From: Cyanobacteria bacterium P01_F01_bin.150
Lineage (GTDB): Bacteria; Cyanobacteriota; Cyanobacteriia; CAKZMO01
NCBI GenBank assembly: GCA_039189765.1
Contig: JBCCYL010000001.1
Span: 1 to 64,000 of the forward strand
Length of the DNA: 64,000 nucleotides
Reading direction: 5' to 3'
The position numbers and the translations under genes are program-made. Positions 29,039 through 38,316 of this stretch are shown here, piece by piece; position 1 is the first letter of the stretch; every line of letters starts with the position of its first letter. Below the pieces are notes generated by a model that ran no database searches, had not been told where the DNA came from, and saw nothing but the letters and a program-made list of their open reading frames with translations.

Positions 29039-30505
29039 GGTGGCTACAGATTGCTGGCGTAGCCAGGTAGCTTTTCGTTTAAGGGCATCGTAATAGGCGA
29101 GTTCTAGTTCAGAGGCTTGCTGTCGGCCTGCATTGATCTTGGTGTTGGGTTTTATGTTGGCAGAGGTGCGGTCGATAAATAGTTTGCTGATTCGCTCGTT
29201 ATCTTTCTGAATTTTGGCCTTGAGTCGGGTCTGGCGAGCCGTTACGCGTTTGGCCATGCGGATAAAATTCCTGGCAAGGTGCCCCAGCTCGTCGGGGCGA
29301 TTGCCTAACGATTGCAGCAGTTCGGGTTGAAAGCGATTGGCTTCCACGGCCTGTGCAGCTCGACTGAACAATAGAATTGGATGCACAATATGCCGGACAA
29401 GAGCGTAGACTAATAGCAACAAGATGCCTATGGTGACAATGCCCACGGCAAACATTTGTCGGGCCAGGATAATGGCAGGTTGAAAGGCTTCTGCCTGGCT
29501 CAATTCTGCTAGCAGAGCAACCTCGTATTGGTCGAGCCACCGATAAACGCCCACCACTGGCTTGTTTTGATAATTTAAGTAGAGTCCTTTTCCCTCTTCG
29601 CCCTGAAGCGCTTGGTCAATGCCTTGGCTGGAGAGTTTGGCCTTTTCTGAGTTTATGGACGATCGGGTTTCCTCAGAGCTAAAGCCCGTGACGATCGGTG
29701 TTCCGGCTAGAAAAAGATTGCGTTCATCTATGGTTTTAACCAGGTAGGCTTCTCCACTTTCGCCCAGCCCTGCTCGCTGTCGAATAATCTGGTTGATGGT
29801 TTCAGCTTTGGGAGTAGTGGCCAATAGAATGTTGAGCGATCGCCCTGTTTCATCGATAATGGGGGTGGCAAAGGTGATGGTTGGAACTCCCGCGTTGATA
29901 TAGATATTGGGGATAATAGGCTGAGAATTCTTTGGCTCAGATGTGCGTTCAGTAAAGTAGGTCGTATTGTTTAGGTCGATGCCCTGCCCTCTACGCGCGG
30001 ATTGATTCGACAAAAGAATGGTGCCATCTGGGGTCACAATATCAATGGTATAAAGGTTGTCCTGAATTTCAGTAACGAGCTTGAGGTAGTTTTGCAGCCT
30101 GGCAATGGTTGTCTGCGCGGTTGTTCCGTCTGCTGCGTCAACGCTGCTACTTACTGGACTATGAGCTACTGGGCCGTTGATTACAGAAGAATTGCCTTCG
30201 GCATCAATTACAGAAAAATTGTCCTCTTCCTCAAGATTCAATGCGTTGATGGCGTCTATCACTAGGGGCGATCGCGCCAATGTTGTTGCTTCTCGCTGTT
30301 GAGTTTTAAGCCATTCGAGGAGCTGATATTCCTTAAGCGAAACGGATGACGTTAACTGCTCGTACATCGTTTTTTCAAGGGTGGCTCTTGCTCGATGGTA
30401 GGCACTGTAAGACACTAGCCCAACCGTCACGAATGACAGCAGCGAGAAGGCGGCCATAATCTGGGCAAAGAGATTTTTTCGGAACGGATTGAGGGTGTCC
30501 AACAT
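28994..30505 (-). CDS. Cache-HAMP membrane sensor without an output domain
   Basis: TM1; Cache motifs GLGESGEAYLV...YLNYQNKPVVGVYRWL...LLAELSQAEAF; TM2; HAMP (RPDELGHLARNFIRM); short helical tail. Confidence 0.8.
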   Translation of the reverse strand: MLDTLNPFRKNLFAQIMAAFSLLSFVTVGLVSYSAYHRARATLEKTMYEQLTSSVSLKEYQLLEWLKTQQREATTLARSPLVIDAINALNLEEEDNFSVIDAEGNSSVINGPVAHSPVSSSVDAADGTTAQTTIARLQNYLKLVTEIQDNLYTIDIVTPDGTILLSNQSARRGQGIDLNNTTYFTERTSEPKNSQPIIPNIYINAGVPTITFATPIIDETGRSLNILLATTPKAETINQIIRQRAGLGESGEAYLVKTIDERNLFLAGTPIVTGFSSEETRSSINSEKAKLSSQGIDQALQGEEGKGLYLNYQNKPVVGVYRWLDQYEVALLAELSQAEAFQPAIILARQMFAVGIVTIGILLLLVYALVRHIVHPILLFSRAAQAVEANRFQPELLQSLGNRPDELGHLARNFIRMAKRVTARQTRLKAKIQKDNERISKLFIDRTSANIKPNTKINAGRQQASELELAYYDALKRKATWLRQQSVATRSQGSNQDSLGGLT

Positions 30506-30526
30506 GATAAAGCGTCGAGTGATGGG

Positions 30527-32116
30527 TTACTGTTGAGCCTGAAGCATATGCTGTCGAGAACTGGCGTAGTGCAAGATATTGATGCCGAGTTCCTGGGCAT
30601 CACGCATGGTTGAGCGGGAAAGAGGCGTATCAAACTGCTGACGGCTCCAGGCAGCGGATAGGGAGCCGATGACCAAAATAATGCCCTTATCTGCCAAGAG
30701 ATACATCGGGCCAGTGGGTAACTGGGGCAATGCATCAAAGAGATAGGGGTATTGGGTTAACCCAGAGTCGTAGGACTCGGCCAGGGTAAACGCTAAAGTC
30801 TCGTTTGCTTGCTCCCACTGCTGTAGCCCTTGGACAATGATATTGAGCTGCTGCTGGACAGTGGTTTGACATTCCGATAGCTCATCTTCCAAATCCTGAC
30901 GAATTTGATGAAGTTCACTATCGCCATCTTCAGGTAGGATGCTTAAATCCGCTAGGGCTGAGGTTAGCTCCGCTTGAACGGTATTAAGGCTATTGAGATG
31001 GGTCAGCGTGTCCCGATCGTCATTTTCAATCACCACCGTGCATCCTTGGGCTAAGTATATTTGTAGCTGCTCCAATTCGTTAGGGGATAGGGCGATCGCA
31101 TCTTCGTAGGAGGTGACCAGCACAGTCGGGGGATTTTGGATTTTGGATTTTGGATTTTGGACGGGAAAGGTGGAACGATGGGGAGTTGAAATGCTCCGAT
31201 TCCCCTCTTGGGAGGGGCTAGGGGTGGGTGGATTTTGGATTTTGGATTTTAGATTTTGGTGAGTTGTTTCCCCTTCTTGAGAAAATGTTGGGATGGATAG
31301 ATTGGTGGGGTTATTTGGTTGCTGGTTAGGCGTTAGAGTAATGGGCTGGACGATGGGAGACCCTGCAAGGGTGGGGTATAAACCTGGCAGGGATTGTAGT
31401 AAGGAACTCCAGCGTTGGCATAGGGATGATGACGCCGATGCGATAGAGGACGATAATACGCCGACCTGGACTAGCTGGTTGGCCCGTGCTTGTACTCGAT
31501 GGCGGTGGCGGAGGTCAATGGATTGGGGGGGCGGATTAAAGACATCCGCTGCCGAGTGTAGGGGTTGAGTGTTGCTGGTGAGATGAATCCGACATAGCTC
31601 TACTTCATCAGCATCTGGAGGGGTCGTCCGTTCATTAATCCGAAATTCTTCCTTAACCACGGCGGTCGGTGGAGTTTGCCATTGCTTTGTGGTCGGGTCC
31701 ACATAGGCCAACACCACATAGACGGTCAGGGAGCCATTGGGAGCTGAATCCAATGTCGTATCTTGATTAATCACCTTTGAGGTGATGCGAAAGGTCATGG
31801 GTTCATCCACCACCAGCGGATTTCCCACTAGGTCAATGGCAATTCCTGGCTGAATCTCTATCCAGCGGCGATCGCGCAGCTCCGACGGCACGCCATCCGG
31901 TGCGGACACAACTTTTACCCCTAACCCAGAAACAATACCAGGTTGATGCAGCGACTGGTAATGCAGATTTTGGCGGTGTTGGTAGTAGTGATGGGCCTGC
32001 CACCACCCCTCAGCTGTTAACAAGGACCCGTTGGTGACATAGAGCATTTCCAACGGCTCAATGGCTGGCAGGGGGGCTAGGGGATTAGGTGGGTGGATCA
32101 TGGATGCGGTGGTCAT
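30527..32116 (-). CDS. CIS-associated protein with fibre-base-like N-terminus and probable DUF4159-like C-terminus
   Basis: GSLLTAEGW...HRQNLHYQSLHQPGIVSGLGV...IQPGIAIDLVGN resembles the N-terminus of the 2065..7059 protein; C-terminal RDAQELGINILHYA. Contains an in-frame repeat insertion. Confidence 0.55.
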   Translation of the reverse strand: MTTASMIHPPNPLAPLPAIEPLEMLYVTNGSLLTAEGWWQAHHYYQHRQNLHYQSLHQPGIVSGLGVKVVSAPDGVPSELRDRRWIEIQPGIAIDLVGNPLVVDEPMTFRITSKVINQDTTLDSAPNGSLTVYVVLAYVDPTTKQWQTPPTAVVKEEFRINERTTPPDADEVELCRIHLTSNTQPLHSAADVFNPPPQSIDLRHRHRVQARANQLVQVGVLSSSIASASSSLCQRWSSLLQSLPGLYPTLAGSPIVQPITLTPNQQPNNPTNLSIPTFSQEGETTHQNLKSKIQNPPTPSPSQEGNRSISTPHRSTFPVQNPKSKIQNPPTVLVTSYEDAIALSPNELEQLQIYLAQGCTVVIENDDRDTLTHLNSLNTVQAELTSALADLSILPEDGDSELHQIRQDLEDELSECQTTVQQQLNIIVQGLQQWEQANETLAFTLAESYDSGLTQYPYLFDALPQLPTGPMYLLADKGIILVIGSLSAAWSRQQFDTPLSRSTMRDAQELGINILHYASSRQHMLQAQQ

Positions 32117-32175
32117 GGGTGGATGAGTGGGTGAGTGGGTAAGTACCGCTTGTAGCTTGTAGGATGGGTTAGCTT

Positions 32176-32206
32176 GTAGGATGGGTTAGCGCCAGCGTAA
32201 CCCATC
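32176..32206 (+). repeat. GTAG-family REP-like hairpin
   Basis: GTAG-GATGGGTTAGCGCCAGCGTAACCCATC; related hairpins at 39852-39882, 40823-40876, 40903-40932, 55280-55300, 56770-56802 and 63556-63585. Confidence 0.7.
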
Positions 32207-32288
32207 ATCGTCGGTATATTTATTTCGAGAAATCGCCTTAGTGGGTTAATGGGTGGTGAGTGGGTTAGTAGGTTAGTGGGTTAATGGG

Positions 32289-33395
32289 TTAGTGGGTGGG
32301 CGAGTGGGCGAGTGGGCGCTCAAGCGCTCGGGCGTTATAAGAGGACATCGGAGTAATCCGTAAATCGTAGGTACAGAAGGCTGGACGTTCTTGGTCAATA
32401 ATGGAGTGGACCAGGGCTTCATCAACGGTCAAAGCTTCGGGGACTCGCAAGATCACGACAAAGTGGAAGTCTTGGCCTCGACCGAAGACGGTGGTGGAGC
32501 TAAAAGAGGCACCACCAAATACAGCTCCCTGGCGAGACGGTTCCACGATGCTGATATGTTTTTGGTCTTCTGGTGTATCGTCGTTGTCCAGGGGTAGCCC
32601 CGTTGCCAGGTGCAAATAGAGCCGTAGCCCATAGGCTGTCCCTCGCCAGGTATAGAGTTCGATGGCACGGGACATTAGGCGTCGCTGTTGGGGCCACGAT
32701 AACTGGGGCAGGCGACGCCACCCCACCCAATGGGCCAAAAACGGTAGCATGGCTTCCGGTGCTAATTTGGGGTCTAAATAGGCCCATAAACTAGACCAGG
32801 TTTCCACATCGGGGCGAAAGGTTCGCTCCACAATGGCCATCAAGCGTCCCACAAAGTCAATGTCCTGATAGACCTGGGGTAATAACCGTACGTAAGGACT
32901 ATGGGGTCTGACCACCAGGGTCAGCGGTTCGGAGAGAATGGTGTCTACCACCCCATCTGGGTTAGCCCCGTAAAGATCAATGCGGCCTGAATAGTTAAGG
33001 GGTCGTCGTTCCCCTGGTGCTGCATCGGTGAGGGTTTCAAAAAAGTCGGCGGGCACTTGAAAGGCGATCGCCATTTCTTTTCTTCCCCGCGCTGCCACCT
33101 CACAGGTCACTGTGTCAGTCCCACTTTCTGCTCCCAGTAGAGTCAGGCACCATTTGTCTGGAATATTGCCCTCTAAATGCAGCGTAAAAGTTATGGGACG
33201 ATCCGTCGGGTTATTTAATCGCAGCAATACCTCGCTAGCTTCCCCCGGCAGCAGCAGCAAACTGGCCGTTTCTAGTCCTGCTGTCCCATCATCCGTTGCC
33301 GCAGATAACGCTATCCCATCGGCCAAATTCACGTCAGGAATTCGGCCTGGGATTAAATCAAGGGAAGCAGTGGGTGACGCAAGGGCTTGAACCAT
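32289..33395 (-). CDS. Phage tail protein (P2 gpI-like baseplate component) with N-terminal Ig-like domain
   Basis: LLPQVYQ...YLDPKLAPEAMLPFLAHWVGW...AIELYTWRGTAYGL...IIDQERPAFCTY. Confidence 0.8.
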   Translation of the reverse strand: MVQALASPTASLDLIPGRIPDVNLADGIALSAATDDGTAGLETASLLLLPGEASEVLLRLNNPTDRPITFTLHLEGNIPDKWCLTLLGAESGTDTVTCEVAARGRKEMAIAFQVPADFFETLTDAAPGERRPLNYSGRIDLYGANPDGVVDTILSEPLTLVVRPHSPYVRLLPQVYQDIDFVGRLMAIVERTFRPDVETWSSLWAYLDPKLAPEAMLPFLAHWVGWRRLPQLSWPQQRRLMSRAIELYTWRGTAYGLRLYLHLATGLPLDNDDTPEDQKHISIVEPSRQGAVFGGASFSSTTVFGRGQDFHFVVILRVPEALTVDEALVHSIIDQERPAFCTYDLRITPMSSYNARALERPLAHSPTH

Positions 33396-33424
33396 AGTTC
33401 TAATTTTTAACCATTATTTGGAAC

Positions 33425-35749
33425 TTAATCGTTAACGACACTGACTGAATGCCCTGAATGAATAGTTGGGTCGGCCCAGCTACAAATCATCCCTAGGGGG
33501 CCGGGATCGATGCGAGGAGAAGGAGGCTGTCGAATCCAGCGATTGCCCTCCCTCTCCAGCTTAAATAACTGCACGGCACCCAGATACCGAATTCCTGGAC
33601 TGGCCTGGAGTAGGGAAACAATATCCGACTGATACAGAACCTGGCCAATGGGCCACCCCCGCCGATATCGTCCACCGGTTAATGGATTTAAGAAGTAATA
33701 GAGCAGGGTGCGCAATCGTTCCACTACTTGGGTCTGACCCTCAGCGGAACGCCAGGCCGGATCGAGGGACACTTCTGTTTGCACGGTAACCCCGATGTAC
33801 TCGGGTTCGCGACACTGGATCTGACAGCCCAATAGGCGACGACGGTCAAGATAGGCTGTGACCTGTTGTTCCAATTCAGGACGGAGAGCAAGCTGCTGGG
33901 GTGAGATGCCCTGGTCCTGTTCGACCGATATGCCATCGACCCTAGGCACCAGCATAAGCTGCACAATGCCAGGGGTGTCTGGCGGTAAACAATGGGCACG
34001 AGCGATCGCCCCTTGACCTCCTTGACGCGCCAACTGTTCAAAATCCTCCGGCGTCACTGCCCGGTTATGGGTTCGTAATAGCTGAGGGACTCGAATCGCT
34101 GCCTGTTCCAGAGACTCAGCATTTGAGCCTTGGCGGGCGGGCTGGTAGTTTGTGACCCGAGCCACATAGGGGATGGCAGACTTGAGTACCGTAAGGGATT
34201 GGGCCTGCACATTGCCTTGTTCTCCGCCGCCCGTGCGGTACTGTCCCATGCGAATAACTGCGCCCTTGGGGGGAATGGCACCATACTGGCGCTCCTGCTG
34301 ATGGAGCGATCGCAGTTCCGTTTGCAGCGAGTTGAGGCTGAGTTCCCGTCGCCCCGCCTCTGGAGATACCATCATTTCTGCACTTATTTCTGTGCTTATT
34401 TCTGTGCTCATTTCTGCGCTTAACAAAGTTCCTTCGACTTCATCGGCGAAGCCCTGGTTCAAGCGTTGCCCCAGTCCGTGGGTCAAGAACCGAGTTTGAA
34501 GTTCGCTGCGCTGGCGAAGCTGGGACGGCTCCCGCACCCGAGGTCCAAACTGCACCATCCCCGTAATCGAATCAATGACATAGTGGCGATCGCCTGGCCC
34601 AGATGCGGCAAAGTCAGGCACCTCCTGCCACACTTCCACCTCGCGATTGGGCAGGGTAACGGTAATCGTTTCATCCGGCTTTCGCGTCAGTACCGGAACC
34701 CCCCGCAGTTGAAAAACTTGCCCCGGACTGCCATTACTTTCCCCCAGCACTTCTTCCGTAATCATTTCACATTGACTCCCCGAAACGGTTCCACCAATGG
34801 ACCGCACCGATATCCCGGTAATGCGGGGAGACTGACGATAGGGTGCTTGTCCCTCCTCCGGTGAATCACAGACGCACCGCAGCCAATGGCCCCGATAGGA
34901 GGCAAACTGAGTGACGGGTAATGACAACGGCAAATGCAGAACGATATCGGCACCTTGGATGGGATTCCCCCCCTGTGCGACCAGGGCCGCAAAGCTAAAG
35001 CCCTGGGTTTGATCGTCGGCTTCACTCAGCAAGACCGATCGCCACTGGACGCCATCCCAGGCTTGCCAACGTCGGGGGGGCTGGAAGGGGTTGATGCCTG
35101 CGGGGGTAGCGGCTTGTCCATTGATAGTTAAGGCTAAAACGTTACCGTTTAAGGATGTACTGCCCTCTTCTAAAACCAGATAAAAACAGTTGTTGGCACT
35201 AGGCTGTTCATTAAACAAATTGATTTCGGGACCATTCCACTGGCCTTCTTGACTGCGGTTCCACACATTGCTGAAGCGATCGCGTAATACCGTCGGTTGC
35301 TCTTCCACAGAGGCCGCCGTTAGCAGATGGCGCACTAGGGGCCGACCAATTGTTAATGCTTGGTTTGTGCTAAAAATAATTGCCGCTTCACTGGCCGATC
35401 GTTCCGTTGCCACTTGGGTGCCAGCGGGAATGCGGTATGGCTCCGGCAGTTCGGAAACCAGATAAAAAGTGAGGTGGGCGATCGCGGCCTGGGGTGGCTG
35501 TAGACGAATCCCCAGCAGTTCCAGAAATGCCACGTAGTGACGACGGGGCACCTGATTAAACCGCATCAGCATTTGATCGGTTAACCAAGCAAAGGACTCC
35601 AGCAGCGTTACCCCCGGTTCACTGGGGTTATAGTTGGTCCACTCCGGGCAATACCGGGGAATGCGCTGTAAACACTCTTGTAGCAGGTCATCATAGCGGC
35701 GATCGTCCAGCTCCGCCTTGGGCAAGTTGGGTAAAAAATCCAGGGCCAT
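33425..35749 (-). CDS. Second baseplate J-like assembly protein (compact type)
   Basis: LPKAELDDRRYDDLL...IPRYCPEWTNYNPSEPGVTLLE...YRTGGGEQGNV...RAVTPEDFEQLA...LNPLTGG...GWP.G. Confidence 0.88.
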   Translation of the reverse strand: MALDFLPNLPKAELDDRRYDDLLQECLQRIPRYCPEWTNYNPSEPGVTLLESFAWLTDQMLMRFNQVPRRHYVAFLELLGIRLQPPQAAIAHLTFYLVSELPEPYRIPAGTQVATERSASEAAIIFSTNQALTIGRPLVRHLLTAASVEEQPTVLRDRFSNVWNRSQEGQWNGPEINLFNEQPSANNCFYLVLEEGSTSLNGNVLALTINGQAATPAGINPFQPPRRWQAWDGVQWRSVLLSEADDQTQGFSFAALVAQGGNPIQGADIVLHLPLSLPVTQFASYRGHWLRCVCDSPEEGQAPYRQSPRITGISVRSIGGTVSGSQCEMITEEVLGESNGSPGQVFQLRGVPVLTRKPDETITVTLPNREVEVWQEVPDFAASGPGDRHYVIDSITGMVQFGPRVREPSQLRQRSELQTRFLTHGLGQRLNQGFADEVEGTLLSAEMSTEISTEISAEMMVSPEAGRRELSLNSLQTELRSLHQQERQYGAIPPKGAVIRMGQYRTGGGEQGNVQAQSLTVLKSAIPYVARVTNYQPARQGSNAESLEQAAIRVPQLLRTHNRAVTPEDFEQLARQGGQGAIARAHCLPPDTPGIVQLMLVPRVDGISVEQDQGISPQQLALRPELEQQVTAYLDRRRLLGCQIQCREPEYIGVTVQTEVSLDPAWRSAEGQTQVVERLRTLLYYFLNPLTGGRYRRGWPIGQVLYQSDIVSLLQASPGIRYLGAVQLFKLEREGNRWIRQPPSPRIDPGPLGMICSWADPTIHSGHSVSVVND

Positions 35750-36285
35750 CAGCGTCCCCTCCCGCCAGGGCGCACCGTCACTGGTGCTTTAGCTTGAATA
35801 ATGGGTTGCCCCGTCGCCTTCGTTTGCCTTATACCTGGAATCGCCTTCGTTTCCCTCCCGCCTGTTTGATTAAATTCGCCTTTGAGATAGAAGGGGTACA
35901 CCAGACTCTGTCGTTCGTAAGTGGTGCGGAGTCGATAGTTAATCACGATAAACACAGCCCCCTGATCCGTGCGGGGACGGGCCAGCACTTCAGCTACTTC
36001 AATGCGAGGTTCCCATTGTTCCAGGGCTTCCTGCACCCAAATTCGCATCAACATCAGGGTTTCAGAGTTGATGGGGGCAAACGCCAGTTCTGATAATCGG
36101 CAACCAAAGGTGGGGCGATATAATCGCTCCCCCGGCTCGGTAAGTAAAATCAGCCAAATGGATTCCCGAACGCTCTGCTGTTCGGTGCTAAGGGATAATC
36201 TTCCCTGCTGACTGATGGTTAGAGGAAACGAAAATCCTTGACCCAGATGGGCCATCCGTCTTCGCTGAGTTACACGATTAACCAT
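35749..36285 (-). CDS. Second GPW/gp25 baseplate wedge protein (possible start at 36255)
   Basis: LGQGFSFP...VRESIWLILLTEPGERLYRPTFGC...WEPRI...LVYPFYL; its stop overlaps the next ATG (TGATG). Confidence 0.9.
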   Translation of the reverse strand: MVNRVTQRRRMAHLGQGFSFPLTISQQGRLSLSTEQQSVRESIWLILLTEPGERLYRPTFGCRLSELAFAPINSETLMLMRIWVQEALEQWEPRIEVAEVLARPRTDQGAVFIVINYRLRTTYERQSLVYPFYLKGEFNQTGGRETKAIPGIRQTKATGQPIIQAKAPVTVRPGGRGR

Positions 36286-36389
36286 TTGCCCTCGCTATAC
36301 GCTGGAGTGCCTTTGGTTATAGAGCAGCCTTAGATCACATTCCATCCGACCAAAGTCGGGTTCGTTATACTGCCAACAGCTGAGGTTTA

Positions 36390-36420
36390 GAGGTGTGTCC
36401 CCGCTGCGTGGGGACACCTC
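36390..36420. terminator. GC-rich hairpin between the NRPS tailoring genes and the second baseplate module
   Basis: GAGGTGTGTCCCC-GCTGCGT-GGGGACACCTC stem-loop about 40 bp downstream of the stop at 36462; no clear U-tract. Confidence 0.35.
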
Positions 36421-36461
36421 ATGAAAAGTCCAGCACCTAGCTGTACAAAGTATATTTGAAC

Positions 36462-37043
36462 TCAATGAAACGGACAGCGATCGCCCTCTTTACTGCCAAA
36501 CCGTCCCTCCACCCGATGATTTGGATCAAGGGTTTGAGTGCGAACGCGACCAAATTTTTCTAGGGTATCCGTTGCCGTGCTGCGTTCAAAGCGAATGCTA
36601 CCGCCTTCGTCTCCCACAAACTTTTTACACACTGCCTTATGGGAGCGGGCCAGTTCAGCATAGGCTTCTACAAAGCGATCGTGGTAGGAATGGAGGGCTG
36701 GGGGTAGCGTAGCAAAGGTCGGCGACAGACGTTTCCAGAGCTGCACCAGCACCGCGTGTTCCCAAGACATAAGCCCGCTAAAGTTATCGGACTGCACATG
36801 GGGAGGAGTCATACTAGGACGGACGACAGTTTCGTAGTCCTGGGTGCTAAAGCTTCCAGCCAACTCCATCGATGCGGCTGATGCCAGCATTAGGGTGGTG
36901 GCGGTATCGAGTTCGACCTGGGCCGAAGGGATGTCGTTAAGGGCGATCGCCTCTTCAAATCGACGCAAACACATTAGCAACCCTTGGACGTTAACAAAGA
37001 AAGACCAGTGAAACCCTTGCCAGGTTTGTTGAACAGAAGTCAT
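36462..37043 (-). CDS. Putative heme-dependent aromatic (tyrosine) hydroxylase, TyrH/LmbB2/SfmD-like C-terminal domain
   Basis: YETVVRPSMTPP...FSGLMSWEH and H..VC.KF resemble motifs of the tryptophan-dioxygenase-superfamily aromatic oxygenases; ends in CPFH. Confidence 0.5.
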   Translation of the reverse strand: MTSVQQTWQGFHWSFFVNVQGLLMCLRRFEEAIALNDIPSAQVELDTATTLMLASAASMELAGSFSTQDYETVVRPSMTPPHVQSDNFSGLMSWEHAVLVQLWKRLSPTFATLPPALHSYHDRFVEAYAELARSHKAVCKKFVGDEGGSIRFERSTATDTLEKFGRVRTQTLDPNHRVEGRFGSKEGDRCPFH

Positions 37044-37205
37044 GGGAGTTAGGGAGTTAGGGAGTTAGGGAGTTGGGGAGTTAGGGAGTTAGGGAGTTGG
37101 GGAGTTGGGGAGTTGGGGAGTTGGGGAGTTAGGGAGTTGGGGAGTTGGGGAGTTGGGGGATAGCGTACTCCGGTTCCCCTCCTGGGAGGGGCTAGGGGTG
37201 GGTCT
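37044..37205. repeat. Heptamer tandem repeat (GGGAGTT/GGAGTTG, STRR-like) plus CCCCTCCTGGGAGGGGCTAGGGGTGGG element
   Basis: About 16 consecutive heptamers followed by the palindromic core. Confidence 0.9.
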
Positions 37206-37293
37206 GTTGGATTTTGGCCCCTGGTTCCCAGACTCCGGCTGGGAGCCTAATAGGGAGACTCCGGCTCGGTGTAGGAGCCAGAGTCTCGGGTGT

Positions 37294-37782
37294 TTATTCA
37301 AGATTAAAAATACGGGTAAGGAGAAGGGCGATTGCCTCAAATCCTTGTCGTTGTCGGATGACATTATTCGGGTCTAAATTGGGATTTTGATTACACAAAT
37401 AAAGAAATTGACGATAGGTTAGTAGGACACTGCGGACAATGCAGATGGCAGGGGTTTCGGACTCAATATGCTGAATATTAAAGTAGCGATCGTAATCGAT
37501 TATTTCCCATTGCTTAAGGGAGATTTTTTCTTTGGTTGTATTGGGAATAGACTGATGGCCTGTGCCTAGGGTGGCGATCGCCTGATTAATCAGAGCAATA
37601 CTCTCCTTAAAAGGACACTTCACCATCGTTTCTTCTTTTATTTTTTCCTGCTCTAAGGATGTTATTAACTGAGCTAATGCATGGGTAACAACCTCTTTTT
37701 CTTGAATAGATAAAGTAAGGTCAGTTGGCAAATCCCACGGCACCAGCAAGTCAAGATTCAAGTTAGATAAATCATCGGTCAT
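37294..37782 (-). CDS. Hypothetical protein of the NRPS tailoring block
   Basis: 162-aa ORF co-oriented between MbtH and the hydroxylase-like gene. Confidence 0.65.
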   Translation of the reverse strand: MTDDLSNLNLDLLVPWDLPTDLTLSIQEKEVVTHALAQLITSLEQEKIKEETMVKCPFKESIALINQAIATLGTGHQSIPNTTKEKISLKQWEIIDYDRYFNIQHIESETPAICIVRSVLLTYRQFLYLCNQNPNLDPNNVIRQRQGFEAIALLLTRIFNLE

Positions 37783-37914
37783 CCTATAAAAATACCCATC
37801 TGCCTGGGATAACTTACTGGAGTCCCTGTTAGCGAAGCCATGCCCGATAGGGTTATAGAGTACAGCCGCAGTTTTAACTGCCAGGTTACGGCCAACTTAC
37901 TCACCGACATATGT

Positions 37915-38127
37915 CTACTTAGCATTTTCAGCTTCAGCCATCGCCTTTCGCAAACTCAGAGGACGCATATCGGTCCACACTTCATTAATATAGTCCAAAC
38001 ATTCTTGCTTGGTTCCAGTTTTCCCTTCCGCTCTCCAGCCATAGGGAATTTCCCGATAGGTGGGCCACACCGAATACTGTTCTTCAATACTAACAACAAC
38101 ATTGTAAATCATATTATCTTCACTCAT
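37915..38127 (-). CDS. mbtH: MbtH-like protein
   Basis: EEQYSVWP....P.GW...[22 protein letters not shown]. Confidence 0.96.
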   Translation of the reverse strand: MSEDNMIYNVVVSIEEQYSVWPTYREIPYGWRAEGKTGTKQECLDYINEVWTDMRPLSLRKAMAEAENAK

Positions 38128-38316
38128 CTTTTGTTCTCCTTTTAAGTGTCTATCTTCAAATGTAATTTTTAAGGTAATAAATTAACCCACCCCTAGCCCC
38201 TCCTAGGAGGGAATCGATCTGTCCAAAATCCAAAACTTGTGCTGAGCATGTCAAATGCGCCAATTGTTTTACGCAAAGATTCTTTGCTCAATGACGACCC
38301 AGAATATTCACCTGTA

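Noticed and set aside
37044..37160. Tandem repeat arrays as a possible CRISPR array
   Set aside because: Contiguous 7-bp units without spacers, and no cas genes in the window.
37089..37377. ORFs 37089..37364 and 37105..37377
   Set aside because: Products of heptamer repeats (PQLPNSPT / GSWGVGEL).
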